Counted from the first letter of the stretch, positions 28,233 through 37,850 are shown. The stretch is 64,000 bases of DNA from an uncultured Candidatus Binatia bacterium (GCA_965200965.1 OZ241744.1:2240001-2304000), one strand, 5' to 3'. The notes: generated from the sequence alone by a model not told the origin. Program-made: numbers and translations.

Positions 28233-28866
28233 CGATGCCCCTGACCGCGCTGCGCCGCAAAGCTCCAGGCTGCCGGAGAATCTGCCGGAGGGGCAGCCTC
28301 ACCATCCTGCGGAGCAGGACCCGTCTGCGCTGCAAGGAACGGCTGATCTGCGCGAACGCTTTGGGCGCATTGAGGAGAGAACCGAGCACCTGCAAGGGGA
28401 TATTGCCCAGCTGCGTGGCGAGATAGGCGAACTGCGTGGAGAAGTGGGCGAGCTGCGCAAGGAGATGGGCGACATCCGCAGCACAATGGCCACCCGGAAG
28501 GAGATGGACGACATCCGCAGCACAATGGCCACCCGGGCGGATATTGCCCAACTCCGTGACGAAATCGGCGGGCTGCGCACTGCTACCAGCACCGATATTG
28601 CCCAACTCCGCAGCGAAATGCAGGGGATGGTCGGTCAGACCGCGTTCTGGTCCGGCATCGCCATTGTTGTCGCGGTTCTGCTTGGGTTCGGGACGCTGGT
28701 CTATAACAAAATCCCTGACCAGTTCCCCCCACCACCAGCCCAGCCAAGCCTTGAGTCCGGGCACACGCCGGCGCACCCCCCCCCGCCGCCTGAGCGTCCG
28801 CCCGTTCGCCTCAAACTCTTGCCTTGCCATACTGTATCGTGTGGATCATGGGACACATACATTTGA
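28225..28866 (+). CDS. Coiled-coil repeat protein with C-terminal TM helix (DUF1640/XhlA-like)
   Basis: AAGGAGG RBS; heptad repeats DIAQLRxE, MATRxD; TM segment AFWSGIAIVVAVLLGFGTLVY. Confidence 0.7.
   Translation: MIDDAPDRAAPQSSRLPENLPEGQPHHPAEQDPSALQGTADLRERFGRIEERTEHLQGDIAQLRGEIGELRGEVGELRKEMGDIRSTMATRKEMDDIRSTMATRADIAQLRDEIGGLRTATSTDIAQLRSEMQGMVGQTAFWSGIAIVVAVLLGFGTLVYNKIPDQFPPPPAQPSLESGHTPAHPPPPPERPPVRLKLLPCHTVSCGSWDTYI
28459..28536 (+). repeat. 39-bp intragenic tandem repeat x2 (KEMxDIRSTMATR)
   Basis: One mismatch between copies. Confidence 0.9.
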
Positions 28867-28891
28867 CACATGGCAATGCTTAGCCTACTCT
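28863..28891 (+). promoter_or_regulatory. Putative sigma70 promoter
   Basis: TTGACA-17 nt-TACTCT. Confidence 0.6.
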
Positions 28892-28897
28892 CTGGGT

Positions 28898-28970
28898 GAT
28901 CCGCCCCTTGGCAGTACGCTGTGTTCCTTGCGATCCCTGAACGCAGCCAGCCCCTTGGGGCTGTTTTTTT
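28898..28970 (+). ncRNA. Putative structured leader RNA / attenuator upstream of the NYN gene
   Basis: gctgtgttc/gaacgcagc stem, repeated gccccttgg, cagcccc-tt-ggggctg hairpin followed by T7. Confidence 0.45.
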
Positions 28971-28984
28971 GTGAGAAGCGTTTG

Positions 28985-29077
28985 ATGACCAAAGTCGCAA
29001 TCCTCATTGACGGCGGATATTTCCTCAAACGTCTTCCGACAATCTGTCCGCAAATTGATTCCTCATTGACGGGCTGA
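28985..29077 (+). pseudogene. 5' fragment of an NYN (LabA/DUF88) domain gene
   Basis: MTKVAILIDGGYFLKRL then a stop after 30 codons. Confidence 0.7.
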
Positions 29078-29129
29078 CCAGCGGATTTCCCCGGCCGACT
29101 CCCAACGCAAGCCGAGAAAAAGGAACAGC

Positions 29130-31826
29130 GTGAAGAAGGCGAAGAGACAGGCCAAAAAGCAGGTCAGGACGCTGACCCACCCCGAGGCCAAGCGGCCCAA
29201 TATCCCCACCGCGGAGCTTCAGGCGGTCATGGTCCAGGAGGAGCAGACCCCCGTCCGGGTGGCCTGTGAACGCCGCAATCGGGACCTGGACCCGCAGCTG
29301 GTGTGGCGTGGCAAGGACGAGCAGGACTGGTCGGAGCTGGTGGTCCACGCCCCGCCGCTCTATATTCAGGAGAAGGTCCACCCCAAGGCCCTGATTGATG
29401 ACTTGGCGGCCAGCGGGCAGAAACGCGCCGCTGAAAGGACGCCGCAGCCTGACCTGTTCGCCGACTTCAACGGCCTGCCCGACGAGGCCGCGGCCGCAGC
29501 GTTCTACCAGCACGAGGCCAGCTGGACCAACCGCATGATCCTGGGCGACAGCCTGCATGTGATGGCCTCACTGGCCGAGCGCGAAGGGCTGCGCGGCAAG
29601 GTGCAGTGCATCTATCTTGACCCGCCCTATGGCATCAAGTTCAACTCCAACTTTCAGTGGTCCACCACCAGCCGCGACGTGAAGGACGGCAGGGCCGACC
29701 ACATCACCCGCGAGCCCGAGCAGGTCAAAGCCTTCCGCGACACCTGGCGGGACGGCATTCACTCCTACCTGAGCTACCTGCGCGACCGCCTCACCGTGGC
29801 CCGCGACCTGCTGACCGAAAGCGGCTCCATCTTCGTCCAGATTGGGGACGAGAATGTGCATCGCGTCCGCGCCCTCATGGATGAGGTGTTTGGGGAGAGC
29901 AATTTCATTAACTTAATTTCATTTACAAAACGGAGTCCACAGCCGGATGACTTCCTATCGTCAGTAACTGATTACTTGGTTTGGTTTGGAAAGAATCGCC
30001 AGCAATCAAAATTCAGAGCCCCGTTTTTCCCGAAGAACGAATACTCCTCCGAATTCGTCACAAATGACCTTACATCATCACACTTCTATGACTCACCTGA
30101 TTTCCAGTTTGAGGGAAAGATATTTAAGCCAAGCCAAAGATATTGGTCTACAAGCATTCAAGGAATGAATAGGCTGTCTTTTGCCGGCAGGCTAATCGCC
30201 ACAAAGAACTCCATCAGATTTAAGAGATACCATGACGACTTTCCGGTCATGTATGTCGGCAATACTTGGCCCGATGTTGCCTTGTCTCATTTTGGCGATG
30301 AGAAGTGGTATGTGGTTCAAACCGCCTCCAAGGTCATCCAACGCTGCATCCTGATGACGACCGACCCGGGCGACCTGGTGCTTGACCCGACCTGCGGTTC
30401 GGGCACGACCGCGTATGTGGCTGAGCAGTGGGGGCGGCGATGGATTACGATTGACACATCCCGCGTTGCGCTGGCCCTGGCTCGCGCCCGACTGATGGGC
30501 GGGCGTTATCCGTATTACCTGCTGGCCGACAGCCCCGAAGGTCACGCGAAGAAAGCCGAACTCGCCGGCAAGGCTCCGTCTGAAACGCCCAGCTCTGGCA
30601 ACATCCGCCAGGGCTTTGTCTATGAGCGGGTGCCGCACATCACGCTGAAATCCATCGCCAATAACGTCGAGATTGACATGATCTGGGAGGAGTACCAGGC
30701 CACGCTTGAACCGCTGCGGGAGGCGCTCAATGCCGCCCTGAACGAGCAGTGGCGGGAGTGGGAGATACCACGCGAGGCCGGCGAGCACTGGCCGGCGGAG
30801 GCCAGGCGGCTGCACGCCGAGTGGTGGGAGGCACGCATCGCCCGCCAGCGGGCCGTTGACGCTTCTATTGCCGCCAAAGCCGACCATGAATATCTGTACG
30901 ATAAACCCCACGAGGACAAATCCAAGGTCCGGGTGGCCGGGCCGTTCACGGTCGAGAGCCTGTTGCCGCACCGGGTGCTGGCCGTTGATGAGGATGACGA
31001 GTTGATCGGCCTGGAAGCGGACCGGAACAGCGAGCGGCCTCAGGGCGAGACCGACTTTGCCGGCGTCATCCTGGAGCACTTGCGGATCGCGGGGGTGCAG
31101 CAGGCCCACAGGGAAGACACCATCCGGTTCCAATCTGTCACCGGCTGGCCGGGCCGGCTGGTGTGTGCCGAAGGCCGCTATGTCGAAGGCGAGGAAGAAA
31201 GCGGAGCGGAACACCGCGCCGGCATCTTTATCGGCCCGGAGTTTGGCACGGTGTCGAGGGCCGACCTGGTGGCCGCGGCACGGGAGGCCGGCGAGGCCGG
31301 TTTCAGCAGCCTGATCACCTGCGCCTTCAATTATGACGCCCATTCCGCGGAGTTTGACCGGCTGGGCCGCCTCCCGGTGCTCAAAGCCCGCATGAACGCC
31401 GACCTGCACATGGCCGATGCCCTGAAAAACACCGGCGGCGGCAACCTGTTTGTGATCTTCGGCGAGCCGGATATTGAACTGCTGGAGGCCGAGGACGGCA
31501 CGATGCGGGTCAAGATCAAAGGCGTCGATGTCTTCCACCCCAACACCGGCGAGGTCCGCAGCGACGGGCCGGAGGGCATCGCCTGCTGGTTCATTGACAC
31601 CGACTACAACGAAGAGAGCTTCTTTGTCCGCCACGCCTATTTCCTGGGCGCAAACGACCCCTACAAGGCCCTCAAGACCACCCTCAGGGCCGAGATTGAC
31701 CCGGACGCCTGGGCGGCACTCCACAGCGACACCTCACGCCCCTTTGCCAAGCCGGCGTCTGGCCGCCTCGCCGTCAAGGTGATCAACCACCTGGGCGACG
31801 AGGTGATGAAGGTGTTCCGGGTGTGA
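29130..31826 (+). CDS. mod: Type III RM methyltransferase subunit
   Basis: DPQLVWRGKD, IYLDPPYGI, LDPTCGSGTT, WFIDTDY, AVKVINHLGDEV. Confidence 0.92.
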   Translation: MKKAKRQAKKQVRTLTHPEAKRPNIPTAELQAVMVQEEQTPVRVACERRNRDLDPQLVWRGKDEQDWSELVVHAPPLYIQEKVHPKALIDDLAASGQKRAAERTPQPDLFADFNGLPDEAAAAAFYQHEASWTNRMILGDSLHVMASLAEREGLRGKVQCIYLDPPYGIKFNSNFQWSTTSRDVKDGRADHITREPEQVKAFRDTWRDGIHSYLSYLRDRLTVARDLLTESGSIFVQIGDENVHRVRALMDEVFGESNFINLISFTKRSPQPDDFLSSVTDYLVWFGKNRQQSKFRAPFFPKNEYSSEFVTNDLTSSHFYDSPDFQFEGKIFKPSQRYWSTSIQGMNRLSFAGRLIATKNSIRFKRYHDDFPVMYVGNTWPDVALSHFGDEKWYVVQTASKVIQRCILMTTDPGDLVLDPTCGSGTTAYVAEQWGRRWITIDTSRVALALARARLMGGRYPYYLLADSPEGHAKKAELAGKAPSETPSSGNIRQGFVYERVPHITLKSIANNVEIDMIWEEYQATLEPLREALNAALNEQWREWEIPREAGEHWPAEARRLHAEWWEARIARQRAVDASIAAKADHEYLYDKPHEDKSKVRVAGPFTVESLLPHRVLAVDEDDELIGLEADRNSERPQGETDFAGVILEHLRIAGVQQAHREDTIRFQSVTGWPGRLVCAEGRYVEGEEESGAEHRAGIFIGPEFGTVSRADLVAAAREAGEAGFSSLITCAFNYDAHSAEFDRLGRLPVLKARMNADLHMADALKNTGGGNLFVIFGEPDIELLEAEDGTMRVKIKGVDVFHPNTGEVRSDGPEGIACWFIDTDYNEESFFVRHAYFLGANDPYKALKTTLRAEIDPDAWAALHSDTSRPFAKPASGRLAVKVINHLGDEVMKVFRV

Positions 31827-31846
31827 ATTGCCCACATAGGACGGAA

Positions 31847-32998
31847 ATGGCCCCCCGGCGTAAAAAAAGCGCGCTCCCAGAACTCAATTCAACCACAAAG
31901 GTAGCGGTTGAGACCCTCCGGTTTGACCGATGTAACCCGCGGCTGATTGGACAGGATACTGAGGCTTCGGATGAGTCCATCATCGCGCAACTCTACCGCT
32001 CTGCTGAACTTGACGAGTTGTTGCAGTCCGTTTCGACGAACGGCTATCTCGACATTGAACCGCTGATCGTCATGGCCGCCTCAAACGGCACCGGCGGTGT
32101 GATCGTGCTTGAAGGCAACCGAAGACTTGCTACCCTCCGACTGCTACGCGAAGAGGGCTTGGCCGGTCAAATCAGAGCGTCGGAAAAACTGCCTATTGCG
32201 GTCCCGCAGGTCAATGATGCTCTGAGGGCATCCTTTGACGAAGTTTCTGTGTATCGCGTGGAAACCCGCGAAGCGGCGCGTTCGTTCATCGGCTTCAAGC
32301 ATATCAACGGCGCGGCGAAATGGGATTCGTATGCCAAGGCAAGGTTTGCCGCTGACTGGTACAGGAACGCCAATATCTCTCTAGGAGAAATCGCAAAAGC
32401 GATTGGCGACCGGCACGACACCATAAAACGCATGGTATCGGCGATCTATGTTCTCGAACAAGCCAAAGACAAGGATCAGTTTGATCTCGAAGACCGGAGT
32501 ACAAAAAAACTCAACTTCTCCCATCTCTATACCGCCCTTTCCCGCTCGCAGTACATGGAGTACCTGGGCATTGACACAGCCTGGGCGCGTTACGATCCAA
32601 AACCTGCCCCGGTGCCGCAGGAACGGCTTGGGCACCTGAGAAAGGTGCTCGTGTGGATGTATGGCTCCAAGGAGGAAAGCGCAAAACCGGTCGTGCGAGC
32701 GCAAAACCCCGACATCAAGCATCTTGGCGAAGTCATCGTTCATGCGGAAGCGCTTCATGTCCTCGAAACGACAGGCGATCTTGCTCGGGCCCATGAAAGT
32801 ACGGAGCCCGTCGACCGGCGCTTCAGCGCGTCATTGATCCGGGCGCGGGATGAAATCCGGGCTGCTTCCGCTTCCTTGAGGGCCTATGACGGTCGTGACA
32901 AGTCGCTGCTCGATATCGCAGAAGACATCAAGGAGACCACGGAAACTGTTCATTCGAGAATGGCCAAAAAATTCCGTGAAGCCGCTGCCGAAGAATGA
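31847..32998 (+). CDS. ParB/Srx N-terminal-domain protein (defence-island type)
   Basis: FDRCNPRL, NGYLDIEPLIV, VLEGNRRLA, GFKHINGAAKW; alternative GTG start at 31823. Confidence 0.75.
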   Translation: MAPRRKKSALPELNSTTKVAVETLRFDRCNPRLIGQDTEASDESIIAQLYRSAELDELLQSVSTNGYLDIEPLIVMAASNGTGGVIVLEGNRRLATLRLLREEGLAGQIRASEKLPIAVPQVNDALRASFDEVSVYRVETREAARSFIGFKHINGAAKWDSYAKARFAADWYRNANISLGEIAKAIGDRHDTIKRMVSAIYVLEQAKDKDQFDLEDRSTKKLNFSHLYTALSRSQYMEYLGIDTAWARYDPKPAPVPQERLGHLRKVLVWMYGSKEESAKPVVRAQNPDIKHLGEVIVHAEALHVLETTGDLARAHESTEPVDRRFSASLIRARDEIRAASASLRAYDGRDKSLLDIAEDIKETTETVHSRMAKKFREAAAEE

Positions 32999-33996
32999 CC
33001 CTTGCCCTCTATCTTCCTCCCGACTCGGTAACAGGCTCTCCGCCTGACTTCAATCTGGCGGCCGATTTCCTGGAATTGTCAGCGTTCTTTGCAGAAACAA
33101 GCTCTGCTCCGGTATTGGAAATCAAGAACACAATCGACATTGGCGCGCCAGAAGAGCCCGTTGATGTCGATGACGAAATGCGCGCAGGTAGCGAGGAAGC
33201 CGTATCAGGAACAGTCAATCTGATTGAGACACGCGGGAGTGCGCTGGGACCTGCCTATCCTTACAAGCTGGACTCTTCCGGCGATATGCTGGAGTGTATG
33301 TGGCAGGGAGATTCGTTAGGGCAAGCAGCATATGTCCTGTGTCTCATATTATCGAATCTCCGCTCAATATCCCCGCTCCTGGGCAGCTCTCCTGTCCATC
33401 CAGACGATACGGACATCCGCAAATTACGAGAGTATTTTCAGGCCTTCGCAACCGCGGCTCTGGCGGCTGAAATAGGGGGAAGTTCCTGGTCTTTCGGATT
33501 TCCGAGACCGGATCACTCATCTTTTCTTGTCAAGCTGAAAGAAATCTGGCGGGTAATTCGAGATGGGCAGGTCGAGGCACAGATCGGTGCGCCAACCCAG
33601 CCGAAGGACGACCAAGTTGATGTGTTTGCCGCTCGCCCTCACCCTGATCAACTGCCAGGTTTCCTGTTGGCCGCCGCGCAGGTTGCAACGGGACAAAATT
33701 GGAAGGCGAAGTCTCTGCGAGGCCACCTCAGCGCGTTCAAAAGTCGCTGGTTCAGCCAGCAACCGGTGACGGACTTCATCCCATATATGATTATTCCGTT
33801 CGCCCAAGGGGATGAAGAATTCCTTGACGATGTGCGGACGATGGGAAATGTGCTGCACAGGCTGCGTGTTCCCCGCAGGGTGGAGGAAACCAGACATCCC
33901 TCGATGGCAGGTACCACAATTGAATCCTATGAGCGCCTGAAGGGGGCCGTGCGGTGGGTGACGGCCTATAGAAGTCGCGTGGGAGCAGCGACATGA
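32995..33996 (+). CDS. Hypothetical protein, possible restriction-endonuclease-like fold
   Basis: ATGA-coupled; ADFLEL, FGFPR, KDDQVDV, QVATG resembles D..(D/E/Q)xK variants. Confidence 0.6.
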   Translation: MTLALYLPPDSVTGSPPDFNLAADFLELSAFFAETSSAPVLEIKNTIDIGAPEEPVDVDDEMRAGSEEAVSGTVNLIETRGSALGPAYPYKLDSSGDMLECMWQGDSLGQAAYVLCLILSNLRSISPLLGSSPVHPDDTDIRKLREYFQAFATAALAAEIGGSSWSFGFPRPDHSSFLVKLKEIWRVIRDGQVEAQIGAPTQPKDDQVDVFAARPHPDQLPGFLLAAAQVATGQNWKAKSLRGHLSAFKSRWFSQQPVTDFIPYMIIPFAQGDEEFLDDVRTMGNVLHRLRVPRRVEETRHPSMAGTTIESYERLKGAVRWVTAYRSRVGAAT

Positions 33997-34081
33997 GACC
34001 TCGATTTCATGCTGTCCCGCCCGTAGCCATGCCAGCGGCCGGTGTGCTACATGGACTGCCATACCAGGGAGGGACTTCGCT

Positions 34082-34606
34082 ATGACACAACCGTTGCACA
34101 CCGTTCGGCAACTGGCCTATGTGGTGACAGACATGGACGCGGCGCTCAAGTATTGGGTAGATGTGCTGAAGGTCGGGCCGTTTTTTGTGTATGAGCACTG
34201 CCCGCTGGAGAATCAGCGCTATCTGGGGCAGCCGTCCAATGTGGACGTGACCCTGGCCCTTGGCAACAGCGGGGATGTGCAGATTGAGCTGATTGTTCAA
34301 CACGACCAGACCCCCTCGGTGTATACAGAGTTTCTGGATGCCGGACGGGTTGGGGTGCATCACTTCGGTCTGATGCCCGAAGACTACCGGGCGGCCTGTG
34401 AGCAGTACCGGGCGCGGGGCCATGAGGCGGCGTTTGAGTGTACGGTCAGCGGGGCTGAGCTGGTGTATTTTGATACGGTCAAAACCATCGGGCACTACAC
34501 CGAACTGTGGGACAACAGCGAGGTGTTCAAGAAACTCTTTCTGATCGTCGAGCATGCGGCCAAAGGCTGGGACGGCACCAGGCCGGTTCGGCCCGGCCCC
34601 CTGTAA
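34082..34606 (+). CDS. VOC family protein (methylmalonyl-CoA epimerase-like)
   Basis: RQLAYVVTD, QIELI, GVHHFG, YFDT. Confidence 0.85.
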   Translation: MTQPLHTVRQLAYVVTDMDAALKYWVDVLKVGPFFVYEHCPLENQRYLGQPSNVDVTLALGNSGDVQIELIVQHDQTPSVYTEFLDAGRVGVHHFGLMPEDYRAACEQYRARGHEAAFECTVSGAELVYFDTVKTIGHYTELWDNSEVFKKLFLIVEHAAKGWDGTRPVRPGPL

Positions 34607-34664
34607 AAAGCCGGCCGCAGCAGAGATACCCACCGGAACACCCCGGCACAGGAGGGAGAGGGCT

Positions 34665-35531
34665 ATGAAGTGGAAGATCGGTGATGTCACCATCACCAAA
34701 GTCACCGAGATCGAGTACCCGGAGTTTTCAGACGTGATTCCGGCCGCAACCCCGCAGGTGGTCAAGACCGTCCCCTGGCTGTTCCCCCATTTTGTGACGC
34801 CGGAAGGGATGCTGAGCCTGAGCATTCATTCCTTGATTGTGGAGACGCCTGGGGCCAGGCTGGTGGTTGATACCTGTATCGGCAACGACCGCAACCGCGC
34901 CCCTCTGGACGTGATGAGCAACCTGAATACCGCGTATCTGGAAGACATGACGGCCGCCGGCTATCCGCCGGAGAGCATTGATTATGTCTTGTGTACCCAC
35001 CTTCACCTCGATCATGTGGGCTGGAACACCCGGCTGGCCAACGGCAAATGGGTGCCGACCTTTCCCAAGGCGTCCTATCTGATGGACAAGAAAGAACTCG
35101 ATCTGTTCGGCACGATCGACGAGAGGGCCGAGGATGACTTCCTGCAGGTCCAACGCCGGGTGTGGGCCGACTCGGTGCAGCCGGTCATGGACGCCGGTCT
35201 GGTCAAAGCGGTGGAGGGACCAAGCCCGGTGTGCGAGGGCGTGCGGCTGATCGCCACGCCCGGCCATACCCCCGGTCATTGTTCGGCGATTGTTGAGTCC
35301 AAGGGGGAGTCGGCCATGATTACCGGTGACTTTATTCACCATCCGATTCAGTTCCACGACCCGGGCCTGGTCAGCCCCTTTGACGTGGACAACGACGCCG
35401 CGGTGGCCACCCGCCGGCGGGTGTTCGCCGAGTACGCCGGGACGCCGACCCTGGTCATCGGCACCCATTTTGCCGGTCCGACCGCGGGTAAGCTGGTGCG
35501 GGATGGGGACGGCTATCGCCTGGATGTGTAA
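34665..35531 (+). CDS. MBL-fold metallo-hydrolase
   Basis: THLHLDHVGWN, PGHTPGH, GDFIHHP, GTHF. Confidence 0.9.
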   Translation: MKWKIGDVTITKVTEIEYPEFSDVIPAATPQVVKTVPWLFPHFVTPEGMLSLSIHSLIVETPGARLVVDTCIGNDRNRAPLDVMSNLNTAYLEDMTAAGYPPESIDYVLCTHLHLDHVGWNTRLANGKWVPTFPKASYLMDKKELDLFGTIDERAEDDFLQVQRRVWADSVQPVMDAGLVKAVEGPSPVCEGVRLIATPGHTPGHCSAIVESKGESAMITGDFIHHPIQFHDPGLVSPFDVDNDAAVATRRRVFAEYAGTPTLVIGTHFAGPTAGKLVRDGDGYRLDV

Positions 35532-35543
35532 ACGGAGAAACGC

Positions 35544-36407
35544 CTAGTCAAAAGATGCGGCGCACTGGGCGATGACCCGAGCGTCTGTGGCGAGCTGGTC
35601 GGCCCACTCGCGGGTCTCGAACCAGTACCGGCGACGCTCGTCAAGCCAGCCGTTCGCCTGGTGAACCGCAATCCAGCTATTGAAAAAATTCAAACCGTCC
35701 ATGTCACCTTTGCGCAGGGCAATTGCTTCCGGTCTGCGGTAAAACACCTGCTCAAACGGGCGGTGCAGGACAGTTGGATATTCCTCAAGCCACCGGGTCG
35801 GGGTCGGCGCGTAGACCGCGGCGATGTGCGCATCGCCGCTGAGTGTCGCCCGCAATATGGCGTCTTCGGCATCAAAGAGCAGCAGCTTGGCGCGGGGAAA
35901 CCTGTTCTCGACAAAAGTCCGGGCCGCTGAGCCCCCACGAACCGCAACGCTGACGCTCGGGGTGTTCACGTCTTCCAGCCTGCTCAGGCCTTGGGTCTTT
36001 GACCTGTTGGCTACAATCCACAGGCCAGACTCCGCGGTCGGTGCGGTGAAATTGACCCGCAGGGTGCGTGTGGCCGTGATCGTCATGCCGCTGATGATGA
36101 CATCGAACTCCTCGTCAATCAGGTCGGGGATAATACGCGGCCAGCAGGTCGGCACAAGCTCAAGCTTGACCTCCATATCCCTGGCGATTTTTTCGGCGAC
36201 TTCGACCTCAAAGCCGATCAGGTCCCCGGCGGTGTTACACATCACCCACGGCTCGAACAGGCCAATGCCGACTTGCATGCTCCCACGGGCCTGGATATCT
36301 TCAATGATGTTCCCGAACCAGAAGGCAGACCCTGCCCCCGCACTCCCGCTGCCCGCGCCAATCAGGGCAAGGACGATAAGACCGACCAGCACGTTTTTCT
36401 GCTTCAT
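35544..36407 (-). CDS. Amino-acid ABC transporter substrate-binding protein
   Basis: Signal peptide, LIGFEVEVA, FDVIISGMTIT, LNFFNSWI. Confidence 0.85.
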   Translation of the reverse strand: MKQKNVLVGLIVLALIGAGSGSAGAGSAFWFGNIIEDIQARGSMQVGIGLFEPWVMCNTAGDLIGFEVEVAEKIARDMEVKLELVPTCWPRIIPDLIDEEFDVIISGMTITATRTLRVNFTAPTAESGLWIVANRSKTQGLSRLEDVNTPSVSVAVRGGSAARTFVENRFPRAKLLLFDAEDAILRATLSGDAHIAAVYAPTPTRWLEEYPTVLHRPFEQVFYRRPEAIALRKGDMDGLNFFNSWIAVHQANGWLDERRRYWFETREWADQLATDARVIAQCAASFD

Positions 36408-36421
36408 GGGTACCCGTCCGC

Positions 36422-37258
36422 TCATCCACACGAGGTGGCGACCTGGTCAACCCACTCGCTGGTCCTGAACCAGTAGTCGGAGCGTTGCTGAAGCCAGCCG
36501 TTGGCCTTGTTGACCGCAATCCAGCTATTGAAGAAGTTGAGCGCATCCAGGTCGCCTTTGCGCACGGCAAACCCGCCCGGTATCGTGTGATACTGCCGGT
36601 CAAGGCCGGGCAGGCGTTGCAGGACATCTGGATGTTCTTCGATCCAGAGCGTCGGAGTTGGCTCGTACAGACCAGCCACATGCGCCGTGCCGCCCAGCAG
36701 GGCCGGGAGGATATCGGCCTCTGAGGCGAGGAGCAGTGGAGTGGCCTCAGGCAGGTCTGTGTTGAGAAAATCCTCGCCGGTTGTTCCTGCAACAACGGCG
36801 AAGGTGACGCTCGCCCTGTTCAGATCTTCCAGCCTGGTCACGCCTTGGGTCTTTGCCGTATTGGCCACAAGTACCAGCCCGAAGGTGTCGGCGGGGGAGG
36901 TGAAATTGACCCGCAGACTGCGCTGGGTCGTGATGCCCAGACTGCTGATGATGACATCGAATTCCTCGTCAATCAGGGCCGGGATCAGGTCTTTGAACCC
37001 GGTCATACTGAACTCAAGCTCAACCCCCATTTCCTCGGCGATTTTTGTGGCAATATCGATGTCAAAGCCGATCAGCCCGCCGTCAGTGCCGCACATCACC
37101 GAACCCCCGAAGGGCGTGACACCGACTTTCATGGTCTCACGGAGTTGAATCTTTTCAATGACGCTATCGAACCAGACAAACTGCGCCCTCGCCCCCCCGC
37201 TGATGCTGCCAATGAGGGCTGCCGCGGCCAGACCGGCCAGGAGATGTTTCAGCTTCAT
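36422..37258 (-). CDS. Amino-acid ABC transporter substrate-binding protein (paralog)
   Basis: Signal peptide, LIGFDIDIA, FDVIISS, LNFFNSWI. Confidence 0.85.
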   Translation of the reverse strand: MKLKHLLAGLAAAALIGSISGGARAQFVWFDSVIEKIQLRETMKVGVTPFGGSVMCGTDGGLIGFDIDIATKIAEEMGVELEFSMTGFKDLIPALIDEEFDVIISSLGITTQRSLRVNFTSPADTFGLVLVANTAKTQGVTRLEDLNRASVTFAVVAGTTGEDFLNTDLPEATPLLLASEADILPALLGGTAHVAGLYEPTPTLWIEEHPDVLQRLPGLDRQYHTIPGGFAVRKGDLDALNFFNSWIAVNKANGWLQQRSDYWFRTSEWVDQVATSCG

Positions 37259-37448
37259 GGCGACAATCCTCTCCACTACGGTTTTCAGGTGCTATACCCA
37301 TTATCCGGGAGGGAAGGCAAGCCCAAGTCCATGCCCCGCCCTGTGCCGCTCGTGGCCACAGTCCTCTCGGAGTCTGCCCCACGACTTCTCCGCCACAACA
37401 GCCCCCGGTCTTGCAAAATTGCGCAGAATCAGGAAATAGTGGGAACCC

Positions 37449-37763
37449 GTGAAACACAGGACATCCATACGGAAGCCGATTCGCTCCAGAGTGCTTGCTA
37501 TTGGCCGCCCCCTGCGTGTTGAGCTCCAGCTCGACGGCGAGTGGCGCGAGCGGCTCCGCAAGCTGCTTCAGGACATGGGCGAAGGAGACGCGACCTATCC
37601 GCTCCATCGCTATCTCGAAGAACTGCTTGAGGCCGATATCGTTCACAGGGAAAACCGTGGCCGCGGCAAGGCCCGATATGTGGAACGCGAGACGGTGATG
37701 CGCTGGTTTGAGCAGGGGCGGAAAGCCGAGAGCGCGGCCCAGACGGCCGCCGCAAAGCGCTAG
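37449..37763 (+). CDS. Hypothetical protein
   Basis: Plausible codon usage; start uncertain. Confidence 0.5.
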   Translation: MKHRTSIRKPIRSRVLAIGRPLRVELQLDGEWRERLRKLLQDMGEGDATYPLHRYLEELLEADIVHRENRGRGKARYVERETVMRWFEQGRKAESAAQTAAAKR

Positions 37764-37850
37764 CCAGCCGCTCCAGCCCCAGGCGGGAGAGAGGCCCGCC
37801 TGTGCCACCCGTTCTGATTTTCCCCTGCCCGCTCGCATGGGACCTCGCCT

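Noticed and set aside
28459-28536. Repeats as a CRISPR array
   Set aside because: Directly tandem, in-frame, no spacers and no cas genes
30192-31724. 510-aa minus-strand ORF and similar long antisense ORFs (4565-5428, 21785-22879, 43569-44696, 52610-53734)
   Set aside because: GC-rich shadows of well-supported genes on the opposite strand, with no motifs
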